This document shows positions 9,858 to 18,668 of a DNA stretch of 51,677 nucleotides, piece by piece (positions within the stretch are counted from its first letter, which is position 1; each line of letters opens with the position of its first letter). Position numbers and translations under genes: made by a program. A model generated the notes under the pieces. The model searched no databases, was not told the DNA's origin, and saw only the letters and a program-made list of their open reading frames with translations. This DNA comes from Chloroflexota bacterium (GTDB lineage: Bacteria > Chloroflexota > Limnocylindria > QHBO01): the NCBI GenBank assembly GCA_052388515.1, contig JBQTHZ010000133.1, forward strand, positions 1-51,677, read 5' to 3'.

Positions 9858-11476
9858 CGGGGACCAGCCAGGGGCCGACGCCGAGCGCTCCGCCGACGGG
9901 CAGTGGCTTTTCTGCCGGTCGCGTCCTGCTCAACGCCAGCCTCATTCTCACCGTCGCGGCGCTCGCCAGCCGTCTTCTCGGCTGGATCCGGCTCCTTGTC
10001 ATCGGCTCCCAATTCGGCGCCAGCCGAGAGCTCGACGCGTACTTCGCGGCGTTCCGTATTCCCGATGCCATCTTCCAGCTCGTCGTGGCCGGCGCGCTCA
10101 GCGCCGCGCTGATTCCCGTCTTTTCGAGCTACCGCGCTCGCGGGCAGGACGAGGAGGCGTGGAAGCTGGCCAGCAGTGTCATCAACCTGGTGCTCGTCGC
10201 CCTTGCAGCGTTCAGCCTGGTGATGGCGATCTTCGCGCCGGTCGTCGTCCCGATCGTCGCCCCCGGCTTCGATGCGCCCACCACCGAGCTGACCATCCGC
10301 ATGACGCGGGTCATGCTCATCAGCCCGGTGCTGATCGGCATGGGCGCCGTCGTGAGCGGCGTTCTGAACAGCTACCAACAGTTCACGGTGCCGGCGATCG
10401 CGCCGCTGCTCTACAACGTGGCGATCATCCTGGCCGCCATCTTCCTGGCCCCCATCATGGGCGTCGAGGGGCTGGCCGTTGGCGTGGCAGTAGGATCGCT
10501 GGCCCACCTCGCCGTACAGCTGCCGAACCTGGCGCGGGTGGGGCAGCGCTACGACCTGACCATCGGCCTCTCACACCCCGGCGTACGCCGGGTGGCGTGG
10601 TTGATGGGTCCGCGCACGCTCGGTCTTGCGGCCGGGCAGATCAACTTTCTGGTCAGTACCGTGCTTGCCTCCGGCCTGCCCGAGGGCAGCCTGACCGCGT
10701 ACAACTACGCCTTCCAGCTCAGCCAGATCCCGGTGGGGGTCATCGGCGTCAGCATCGCCGTGGCACTGTTCCCGACGCTCAGCACCGATGCCGCGCTGGG
10801 GCGCATCGGCGAGATCAGGCGGCAGGTCGCGAATGCCGTGCGAGTGCTCGTCTTCGTGGCGGCGCCGCTGACTGCGATCATGATCGTCCTGCGCGAGCCG
10901 CTGACCAGCGTCTTCTACCAATACGGCCTGTTCAGCCAGTCGGCGACCGACCGAACCGCCAGCACGCTCCTCTTCTTCGCGCTGGGCCTGGGCGGGCACA
11001 TCGTGGTGCACGTCCTGACGCGCGCCTTCTACGCCATGCAGGACACGAAGACGCCGGTGGCATGGGCGGTCGTGGCGGTGGCCATCAACGTGCCGCTCAT
11101 GGCCACACTGGTCGGGCCGATGGGAGTCGAGGGCCTCGCCCTGGCCCTCTCGATCGCGTCGGTGATCGAGGTCATCGGGCTGCTCTGGTTCCTCCGACGC
11201 CGGATCGAATCGGTCGATGGGTCCGCGATCGTGCGCACGGTCGCCCGCTCGGCCATTGCCGGCCTGGCGGCAGCGCTGCTCATGCTCGGTGGCCTGACCC
11301 TCGTCGAGGGCTCGCTTGGTGGCATCCTCGACAATGCCGTGGGACGACTGATCGTGCTCCTCCTCCTTTCCGCCGCGGGCGGAGCCATCTTCGTGCTGGT
11401 GGCAGCCGCTCTCCGCTCTCCGGAGCTGGAGCAGCTGCGCGGCATCGTGCAGCGGCGGCGCCGGAGGAGCGCGTGA
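9854..11476 (+). CDS. murJ: lipid II flippase MurJ (MviN)
   Basis: ASRLLGWIR, LDAYFAAFRIPD, GALSAALIPVF, RAFYAMQDTKTP; many TM helices; GTG start overlaps xerC stop. Confidence 0.93.
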   Translation: MTGTSQGPTPSAPPTGSGFSAGRVLLNASLILTVAALASRLLGWIRLLVIGSQFGASRELDAYFAAFRIPDAIFQLVVAGALSAALIPVFSSYRARGQDEEAWKLASSVINLVLVALAAFSLVMAIFAPVVVPIVAPGFDAPTTELTIRMTRVMLISPVLIGMGAVVSGVLNSYQQFTVPAIAPLLYNVAIILAAIFLAPIMGVEGLAVGVAVGSLAHLAVQLPNLARVGQRYDLTIGLSHPGVRRVAWLMGPRTLGLAAGQINFLVSTVLASGLPEGSLTAYNYAFQLSQIPVGVIGVSIAVALFPTLSTDAALGRIGEIRRQVANAVRVLVFVAAPLTAIMIVLREPLTSVFYQYGLFSQSATDRTASTLLFFALGLGGHIVVHVLTRAFYAMQDTKTPVAWAVVAVAINVPLMATLVGPMGVEGLALALSIASVIEVIGLLWFLRRRIESVDGSAIVRTVARSAIAGLAAALLMLGGLTLVEGSLGGILDNAVGRLIVLLLLSAAGGAIFVLVAAALRSPELEQLRGIVQRRRRRSA

Positions 11477-12534
11477 TGCACTTCCGACCAGCGACCGACG
11501 CCGATGCCGACGCCTGGCAGGCGTTCCTCGCCGTCACGCCGTCCGGCGACTTCCTCCACGACTGGGCCTGGGCCGATGTCGCCGCCTTCGACGGCCAGCC
11601 GCAGCGTCGCTACGTCCTCACCGAGGACGATGCCCTCGTGGCGATCATCGCCGCGCAAGAGCGCTCGCTGGTGGCGGGACGAACCTTCTGGTACGTGCCG
11701 CATGGACCGGTCGTGGACTGGGCGGCGTCCGAGGCAGGGGAGCGGCTGCGCGCCCTGCTCATCGGCCTGCGCATCGCGGGGCGGCAGCATGGCGCGATCG
11801 CCGTCAGGCTCGAGCCACGCCTTCCACTGGGCGCGTTGGAGGAGGGGGTCGTCCGAGGTAATCGCCTGCGACACGTGCCCGAGACGCTGCAGGTTGGCCA
11901 GACCCGGATCGTCGAGCTGGCCGACGACGACGAGCTGCTCGCGGGGTTCGACAAGGACACGCGCTACGGCGTTCGCCGCGCCGAGCGCGAAGGCGTGACG
12001 GTGACCGTCGTCGAGGATGGAGCCGACCAGCGTGCGATCGCGGATCTTCATGCGCTGGTCGGCGAGACCCAGCGCCGCGCTGGCTTCCCGATGCCGCCGC
12101 TCGATCGGTACCGCGTTGCGTGGCAGGCCCTTGCCGGTCCCGGCCGCGCGGCGATCGTGGAGGCACGGCGCGAGGGTGAGCTGCTCGCCTCCGGCATGGT
12201 GGTGGTCGAGGGTGAACGCTCCTACTACCTGTTCAGCGGCTCGCGCCGTGAGGGGCGAGGCGAGCCGAAGCGATATGCCAGCTTCGCGCTCCAGTGGGAG
12301 ATGATGCGGCTGGTGCGGAATCGCGGCGTGACCCACCACGACCTGTGGGGCGTCGCTCCGCCGGGCGCCGGACCCGACCATGCCTGGCACGGTGTCGGCC
12401 TGTTCAAGAAGGGCTTCGGTGGGGACGAGGTCGTATGGGCCGGCAGCTGGGACCTCGTCGTTGATCCGAACGCGTACAGGTTGCGTGCCGCAGCCGCCAT
12501 CATGCGCGGCTGGCTGGGCCGCCTGCGCCGGTGA
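11476..12534 (+). CDS. FemAB/FemX-family peptidoglycan peptidyltransferase (copy 1)
   Basis: FLHDWAWA, WYVPHGPV, TRYGVRRAEREGV, ALQWEMM, DLWGV, GVGLFKKGFGG; ATG overlaps murJ stop. Confidence 0.88.
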   Translation: MHFRPATDADADAWQAFLAVTPSGDFLHDWAWADVAAFDGQPQRRYVLTEDDALVAIIAAQERSLVAGRTFWYVPHGPVVDWAASEAGERLRALLIGLRIAGRQHGAIAVRLEPRLPLGALEEGVVRGNRLRHVPETLQVGQTRIVELADDDELLAGFDKDTRYGVRRAEREGVTVTVVEDGADQRAIADLHALVGETQRRAGFPMPPLDRYRVAWQALAGPGRAAIVEARREGELLASGMVVVEGERSYYLFSGSRREGRGEPKRYASFALQWEMMRLVRNRGVTHHDLWGVAPPGAGPDHAWHGVGLFKKGFGGDEVVWAGSWDLVVDPNAYRLRAAAAIMRGWLGRLRR

Positions 12535-14033
12535 GCGACGCGCGACACATGGGCCTTGGCGCGTTGACCGATGTCATCGGTCCGGAAAAGGTTATCGGCG
12601 TGCCGGTCGGCGACGTTCGTGGCCTCGCCTACGACTCCCGTCGCGTCGAGGCGGGCACGCTCTTCTTCGCCGTTCCGGGAGTGCACGTCGACGGTCACGA
12701 GTACGTCGCAGCGGCGCGGGATACGGGTGCCATCGGCGTGGTGGTCGAGCGCGAACTCCCGGATCTGTCGCTGCCGCAGCTGGTGGTCGACCGCAGCCGG
12801 CGTGCCCTGGCAGATGCCGCCGACGCATGGTTCGGTCGGCCGTCGGAGCGATTGACCGTGATCGGGGTGACCGGGACCGACGGCAAGTCGACCGTGACGG
12901 CGCTCGCGGCGGAGGTGCTGCGGGCGGCGGGCCGCCGGCCCGGACAGATCGGCACGGTCTTCACGGGCGTCGGGCCAACGATCGAGCCAAATGACGCCCG
13001 CACCACGACACCCGAGGCGCCCGAGCTCCAGGCCCTTCTGGCCCGCATGCTCGAGGCCGGCAATGACAGTGTCGTCATGGAGGCCACCTCGCACGGCCTG
13101 GCGCTGGAGCGCACGCGGAACTGCCGCTTCGACGTCGGCGTGGTGACGGGCGTGACCAGCGAGCACCTCGAGTTCCACGGCACGGTCGAGGCGTACCGCG
13201 CCGCCAAGGCGCGCCTTGTCGAGGAGGCTCCGGTTGCCATCGTCAACGCCGACGATGCGAGCGCCGCCTACTTCCGGGAGCGCGCGCGAGACCGGGTGTT
13301 CACGTACGGCATCGACGCCGATGCGGACGTGCGGGCGCGCGATCTCGAAGCGGACGCGAGCGGGACGGCGTTTCGGCTCATCACGCCCACGTGGGAGGGA
13401 AGCGTCCGCCTCGCCATGCCGGGTGGCTTCAACGTCTCGAACGCCCTCGCCGCGATGGCCGTGGCCGAGGCCCTTGGCCTGGATCCCGAACGTGCGGCGC
13501 TGGCGCTGAGCACCACGCGTGGCGTCCCGGGACGAATGAGTCGGGTCGAGGCAGGGCAGCCCTTCACGGTCATCGTCGACTACGCGCACTCCGAGGACGC
13601 CCTCCGCAAGGTGCTCGCGATGCTGCGTCCTCTCGCGGATGGCCGGCTCATCGTCGTCTTCGGGTCGGCGGGAGAGCGCGATGCCACCAAGCGCGCCCCG
13701 ATGGGACGCGCCGCGGCCGACCTGGCCGACCTCGTGGTCGTGACCGACGAGGACCCTCGCCTGGAGGACCCACGCGTGATCAATGAGCAGGTCGCCGAGG
13801 GAGCACGATCCGCCGGCGCGCGCGACGCTGAGACGCTGTGGGTCATCGACGACCGGCGCGAGGCGATCGAGCACGCGATCCTCCTCGCGCGCGAGGGGGA
13901 CGTGGTTCTGCTGGCCGGCAAGGGCCATGAGCAGAGCATCTTCTACGGCACGGAGAAGCGCCCGTGGGACGACGCGCGGGCCGCACGCCTGGCCCTGGCC
14001 GTGGCTGGGTGGGGATCGCATGAGCGCGAGTGA
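12531..14033 (+). CDS. murE: UDP-MurNAc-tripeptide synthetase MurE
   Basis: DSRRV, GVTGTDGKST, TTPEA, MEATSHGL, PGRM, VDYAH, VFGSAGERD, LAGKGHE; specificity motif EDPR. Confidence 0.95.
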   Translation: MSDARHMGLGALTDVIGPEKVIGVPVGDVRGLAYDSRRVEAGTLFFAVPGVHVDGHEYVAAARDTGAIGVVVERELPDLSLPQLVVDRSRRALADAADAWFGRPSERLTVIGVTGTDGKSTVTALAAEVLRAAGRRPGQIGTVFTGVGPTIEPNDARTTTPEAPELQALLARMLEAGNDSVVMEATSHGLALERTRNCRFDVGVVTGVTSEHLEFHGTVEAYRAAKARLVEEAPVAIVNADDASAAYFRERARDRVFTYGIDADADVRARDLEADASGTAFRLITPTWEGSVRLAMPGGFNVSNALAAMAVAEALGLDPERAALALSTTRGVPGRMSRVEAGQPFTVIVDYAHSEDALRKVLAMLRPLADGRLIVVFGSAGERDATKRAPMGRAAADLADLVVVTDEDPRLEDPRVINEQVAEGARSAGARDAETLWVIDDRREAIEHAILLAREGDVVLLAGKGHEQSIFYGTEKRPWDDARAARLALAVAGWGSHERE

Positions 14034-15090
14034 TCTGCGCGCCTGGCGCGTCGCCGATCCCGCGACGTGGAACGCGTTCGTCGAGGCCGCGCCGTACCAC
14101 GCCTTTCCCCAGCTGTGGGAGTGGGGCGAGGTGCGTGCGATGGGCGGCTGGCGGCCGGTGCGCCTTGCCATCGGTCGTTCGCAGGAGGAGCCCGTCGCGG
14201 GTGCGCAACTTCTGCTGCGTCGCATGCCGGTGCTCGGCTGGCACCTTGCGTACGTGCCGCGCGGTCCTATCGGCGACCTCGACGACCCCGGAGTCCGCGA
14301 CGCGTTGGTGGCGGGGCTGCGTGCGCTGGGAAGGGTCGAGAAGATCGCCACGGTGCGGGCGGACCCCGAGGCGCGCCTGGAGACGGCGTATGGCCGCGCG
14401 CTGCTCGAGCAGCCGTGGCGTGCCGCTCCGAAGGTTCAGCCGCCGACGACGCGCGTCATCGACCTCTCGACCGACGAAGAGGCGCTGAAGGCGAAGCTGA
14501 AGCGAAAGCATCGGCAGTACGTCAACAAGGCCGAGCGTGCCGGCGTGACGATCGAGCGCTTCGACGGAACCACGCCGGCGGGGGCCATTGGTCCGGCGCT
14601 GGCGGACTTCAACCGCATCTATCGCTTCACCGCGGAGCGCGCCGGCTTCGTCGCGCGTCAGTCGTTCTACTACGAGCGCGTGTGGTCGATCTTCGCCCCC
14701 ACCGGCCGCGTGCGCCTGAGCTTCGCGGTCGCCGACGGCGAACGCGTGGCCACCATCTTCCATTTCACGTGTGGCGAACGGGCGGTCGAGGCCTATGGCG
14801 GCATGACCGATGCCGGCGCCGACGCTCGCGCCAACTACCTCCTGAAGTGGACGGCCATCGCCGACTTCGCGCGCGAGGGCTTCGCCGTCTACGACATGTG
14901 GGGCCTGGCCACGGGTGGCATTCGCCAGTTCAAGGAGGGATTCGGCGGCGAGGAGATCGAGTACGTCGGCGCCCGCGACCTTGCCCTCAGTGCGCCGATG
15001 GACGCTGCGCTGCGCGTCGCCATTCCCGCCTACGGCCTGGCGCAGCGGGCCCGGCTGAAGCTGCTCGGTCGCGACGACGGGGACGCATGA
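14020..15090 (+). CDS. FemAB/FemX-family peptidoglycan peptidyltransferase (copy 2)
   Basis: QLWEWGEVR, AYVPRGPI, VQPPTTRVIDL, NYLLKW, YDMWG, FKEGFGG. Confidence 0.88.
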   Translation: MSASDLRAWRVADPATWNAFVEAAPYHAFPQLWEWGEVRAMGGWRPVRLAIGRSQEEPVAGAQLLLRRMPVLGWHLAYVPRGPIGDLDDPGVRDALVAGLRALGRVEKIATVRADPEARLETAYGRALLEQPWRAAPKVQPPTTRVIDLSTDEEALKAKLKRKHRQYVNKAERAGVTIERFDGTTPAGAIGPALADFNRIYRFTAERAGFVARQSFYYERVWSIFAPTGRVRLSFAVADGERVATIFHFTCGERAVEAYGGMTDAGADARANYLLKWTAIADFAREGFAVYDMWGLATGGIRQFKEGFGGEEIEYVGARDLALSAPMDAALRVAIPAYGLAQRARLKLLGRDDGDA

Positions 15091-15150
15091 AGTGGTGTCG
15101 AAGCGGCTGATCGTTCGTCAGTTGGTGCATCCCGGTGCAGGGTTCGTCCG

Positions 15151-15648
15151 ATGAGCCCGCCTGGTCTCCTCCACCCGGTCGTCAGGCGACGGCTCGACGA
15201 GATCCGAGCAGAGTTCGAAGTCATGCCATGCGACCCCGACCTCGCCGATACCGCCGCGTTCGTCGACGCCTACGGAGTGCCGCTCGAGCGAAGCGCCAAC
15301 ACGATCCTGGTGGTCTCGAAGGGCGGTGAGCCAACGTACGTCGCTTGTGTCGTGCTGGCGAACACCTCGCTCGACGTCAATCGGGTCGTGCGCCGCGAGA
15401 TGGGGGTCCGCAAGGCCTCGTTCGCCGCTGCCGAACCGGTCCGCGTGCTGACCGGCATGGAGATCGGCGGCGTGACGCCGTTCGGCCTGCCGGACGACCT
15501 GCCGATCCTCGTCGATGCGCGGGTCATGGACCCGGAGTGGATCGTGCTCGGCGGCGGCAATCGATCCTCGAAGCTGAAGCTGTCGCCGGAGGCATTGCGC
15601 CTCCTCCCCACGGTGCGGGTGGTCGAGGGACTCGCGTTCGTCCGCTGA
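15151..15648 (+). CDS. YbaK/EbsC-family aminoacyl-tRNA editing protein
   Basis: LADTAAF, SANTILV, RKASFA, TGMEIGGVTPFGLP, GGGNRSSK. Confidence 0.88.
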   Translation: MSPPGLLHPVVRRRLDEIRAEFEVMPCDPDLADTAAFVDAYGVPLERSANTILVVSKGGEPTYVACVVLANTSLDVNRVVRREMGVRKASFAAAEPVRVLTGMEIGGVTPFGLPDDLPILVDARVMDPEWIVLGGGNRSSKLKLSPEALRLLPTVRVVEGLAFVR

Positions 15649-15737
15649 GATGGCGCGGTTGGGGTCGTCGTCGCGAGACGGAACGCGTGGCCGCGGGCGG
15701 GGAGCTGAGCGTGGCGCGTGCTAGCATCGGGAGTCCT

Positions 15738-17951
15738 ATGGCCCAGCTGGCACGCTTCTCCCCGGCGGCCGTCGTGCAACGGATCACGCGCGGCAGCGAC
15801 GCGGTGGGTGAGCGGCTCCACACCATCGACGAGATCGTCGCGGAGGCCCAGCGCCATCGGCCGAATGTCGACGAGAGCCTGATCCGCCGGGCCTACGAGA
15901 CGGCCGCCACCGCCCACGACGGGCAGCTGCGCAGCTCGGGCGAGCCGTATGTCACGCACCCGGTCGAGGTCACCCACTACCTGGCCACGCTCCAGATGGA
16001 CGCGGAGACCCTGTCGGCCGCGCTGCTTCACGACGTCCCCGAGGACACGGACTACACGCTGGCCGAGCTGGAGAAGCGTTTCGGTCGCGAGGTCGGCCGG
16101 CTCGTCGACGGCGTGACGAAGCTGTCGAAGTTCGGGTCGGCACGGACGATGGAGGAGCAGCAGGCAGAGAACATCCGGAAGATGTTCATGGCCATGGCCG
16201 AGGACGTGCGGGTCGTGATCATCAAGCTCGCGGACCGGCTGCACAATATGCGCACGCTCGAGTTCCTCCCGGCGGACAAGCAGCTGCGCATCGCTCGCCA
16301 GACCATGGAGATCTACGCGCCGCTGGCGCATCGGCTGGGCATGTGGCAGATCAAGTGGGAGCTCGAGGACCTTGCCTTCAAGTATCTCGAGCCGGACAAG
16401 TACCGCCAGCTGGTCGAGATGCTCACCGATCGGCGAAGGGCGCGCGAGAGCTTCGTCAACAAGAGCATCGGCATCCTCCGCAAGGAGCTCGGCAAGGTCG
16501 GCATCACAGCGGAGATCAGTGGCCGTCCCAAACACCTCTACTCGATCGCCAAGAAGATGGAGCGCAAGGGGTCCGAGTTCACCGAGATCTACGACCTGCA
16601 CGCCATTCGCGTGCTGGTCGCCGAGGTGAAGGACTGCTACGCCGCCCTCGGCGTCGTGCACTCGCTGTGGCGGCCGGTGCCCGGACAGTTCGACGACTAC
16701 ATCGCCATGCCGAAGGCCAACATGTACCAGTCGCTGCACACGGCCATCATCGGTCCGGAGGCGAAGCCGCTCGAGGTCCAGATCCGGACCTACCAGATGC
16801 ACGAGGTATCTGAGGCGGGAATCGCCGCCCACTGGCGATACAAGGAGGGATCCCGCGGGGATCGACGCTACGACGAGAAGCTTGCGTGGGTGCGGCAGCT
16901 GATCGACTGGCAGCGTGAGGTCAGCGATGCCACCGAGTTCATGGAAGGCCTCAAGCTGGACCTGTTCCAGGACCAGGTCTTCGTGTTCACTCCCAAGGGT
17001 GACGTCAAGGATCTGCCGCGCGACGCGACGACCCTCGATTTCGCATACCGGATCCATACCGATGTCGGTCATCGCACCATCGGCGCAAAGGTCAACAACC
17101 GGCTCGTGCCCCTCGATTACAAGCTGCGCAATGGCGATATCGTCGAGATCGTGACCACCAAGGCAGCGCATGGACCGAGCCGCGACTGGCTGAACATCGT
17201 GAACACCAGCCATGCGCGCGAGAAGATCCGGGCATGGTTCAAGCGTCAGCAGCGCGACGAGAACATCACGCAGGGCAAGGACCTGCTCGACCGCGAGCTG
17301 CGACGGCTTGCGCACGAGACGCTCGCCTCGGTCGATGCCGGACGGTTGATCGAGATCGCCGCGCAGTACCGCTATCGCGAGATGGACGACTTCTACGCGG
17401 CCATCGGGTACGGCGCCATTTCGTCGGCGAGCGTGGTCAGCAAGCTCGAGATCCACGACGACGCGGCCATCACCCTGCCCGAGGAGGCGCCGCCGGCGGC
17501 GCCGTCCACGACCGGCGTGCGAGTGAAGGGCGTGGGCGACCTGCTCGTCCGTTTCGCGAAGTGCTGCTCGCCGATTCCCGGCGACGAGATCACCGGCTAC
17601 GTGACGCGCGGCAAGGGAGTGACGGTCCACCGCGCGTCCTGTCCATCGGTCCTGTCGGAGCGGGACATCGAGCGGTTGATCGACGTCGAATGGGAGTCCG
17701 CCGGCCAGCAGACCTACCCGATCACGGTCCGGATCTCGGCGCTCGACCGCCCGGGACTGCTGAGCGACATCACGAACGTGGTGGCCGAGTACAAGGTGAA
17801 CATCGTGGCCGCCTCGGTCGCCACCCATCCCGACGCCACCGCGGTGATCACGGCCACGTTCAAGGTGGAGTCGCTCCAGCAGCTCGCCCGCGTGCTCGCC
17901 AAGATCGAGCGACTGCGGGATGTCACATCTGTCACGCGCGAGGCACGGTAG
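15738..17951 (+). CDS. rel: long RSH bifunctional (p)ppGpp synthetase/hydrolase
   Basis: HDGQLRSSGEPY, LLHDVPEDT, IKLADRLHNMRTL, YQSLHT, IAAHWRYK, TGS (FTPKGD), CCSPIPGD, ACT (DRPGLLSDIT). Confidence 0.96.
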   Translation: MAQLARFSPAAVVQRITRGSDAVGERLHTIDEIVAEAQRHRPNVDESLIRRAYETAATAHDGQLRSSGEPYVTHPVEVTHYLATLQMDAETLSAALLHDVPEDTDYTLAELEKRFGREVGRLVDGVTKLSKFGSARTMEEQQAENIRKMFMAMAEDVRVVIIKLADRLHNMRTLEFLPADKQLRIARQTMEIYAPLAHRLGMWQIKWELEDLAFKYLEPDKYRQLVEMLTDRRRARESFVNKSIGILRKELGKVGITAEISGRPKHLYSIAKKMERKGSEFTEIYDLHAIRVLVAEVKDCYAALGVVHSLWRPVPGQFDDYIAMPKANMYQSLHTAIIGPEAKPLEVQIRTYQMHEVSEAGIAAHWRYKEGSRGDRRYDEKLAWVRQLIDWQREVSDATEFMEGLKLDLFQDQVFVFTPKGDVKDLPRDATTLDFAYRIHTDVGHRTIGAKVNNRLVPLDYKLRNGDIVEIVTTKAAHGPSRDWLNIVNTSHAREKIRAWFKRQQRDENITQGKDLLDRELRRLAHETLASVDAGRLIEIAAQYRYREMDDFYAAIGYGAISSASVVSKLEIHDDAAITLPEEAPPAAPSTTGVRVKGVGDLLVRFAKCCSPIPGDEITGYVTRGKGVTVHRASCPSVLSERDIERLIDVEWESAGQQTYPITVRISALDRPGLLSDITNVVAEYKVNIVAASVATHPDATAVITATFKVESLQQLARVLAKIERLRDVTSVTREAR

Positions 17952-17955
17952 GCCG

Positions 17956-18237
17956 ATGAAGGGCGATCGCGTCGAGGCCGTCGTCGACACCGGGCAGGGC
18001 GGCACACAGACATTCGAGATCGTGGCGACGCGCGCCGGACGCCGGATCGAGGTGACGACGGCGCGCGGCGTGGTCGAGGTCAGCGAGGTGACCCGCAGTG
18101 GCACCCCCGTGCGCACCGGTCGCTTCATGGCCACTCGGCTCGTCGCCCTCGTGGAGCATCCGGCCGCCGAGGGCCGCGAGCGGCCGGTTGAAGTCTCGAC
18201 GCGCCGCCGATTGAGGGCATCATCACAGGACGCGTGA
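17956..18237 (+). CDS. small hypothetical protein
   Basis: Beta-rich ORF MKGDRVEAVVDTG... starting 4 nt after rel stop; GC3-biased codons. Confidence 0.65.
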   Translation: MKGDRVEAVVDTGQGGTQTFEIVATRAGRRIEVTTARGVVEVSEVTRSGTPVRTGRFMATRLVALVEHPAAEGRERPVEVSTRRRLRASSQDA

Positions 18238-18319
18238 CCGCTGAATACCTGACAGCCGAACCCGACATGCCCAGGTCCCATCGATGGATTGGCCGGCGCA
18301 TGGTTGAGCTCTCCGGCCG

Positions 18320-18658
18320 ATGAGCGATCCGCTTGAGAGTCTGCGACGAGCGTGCCTCTCCTGGCCGGACGTCGAGGAGCGGCTGAGCCACGGGGAGCCG
18401 AGCTGGTTCCATCGCGGCAAGCGCAGCTTCGTGACGTATGCCGACCACCATCACGATGACCGCCTGGCGTTCTGGTGCGCCGCGCCGCCCGGCGCCCGTG
18501 ACACCCTCGTGGCGGCCGAGCCAGACTCCTACTTCGTTCCTCCGTATGTCGGCCATCGTGGCTGGCTCGGCGTCTACCTCGACGTGCCGGTCGACTGGGA
18601 TGTCATCAACGGGCTCGTCGGCGACGCGTACCACACGACCGCCGGTCGGGGCCGATAG
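18320..18658 (+). CDS. MmcQ/YjbR-family protein
   Basis: EERLSHGEPSW, DHHHDDR, YFVPPYVGHRGWLGV, VDWD. Confidence 0.85.
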   Translation: MSDPLESLRRACLSWPDVEERLSHGEPSWFHRGKRSFVTYADHHHDDRLAFWCAAPPGARDTLVAAEPDSYFVPPYVGHRGWLGVYLDVPVDWDVINGLVGDAYHTTAGRGR

Positions 18659-18668
18659 ACTCGCAGCC

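Noticed and set aside
9613-11475. Apparent 973-aa fusion ending in a Fem domain
   Set aside because: Upstream part is an off-frame read of xerC/murJ; real start at 11476
15270-18281. 1003-aa minus-strand ORF (also 7680-9815, 27147-29546, 45202-47625 and similar)
   Set aside because: Antisense shadows of well-supported + strand genes; expected in high-GC DNA; no recognisable motifs
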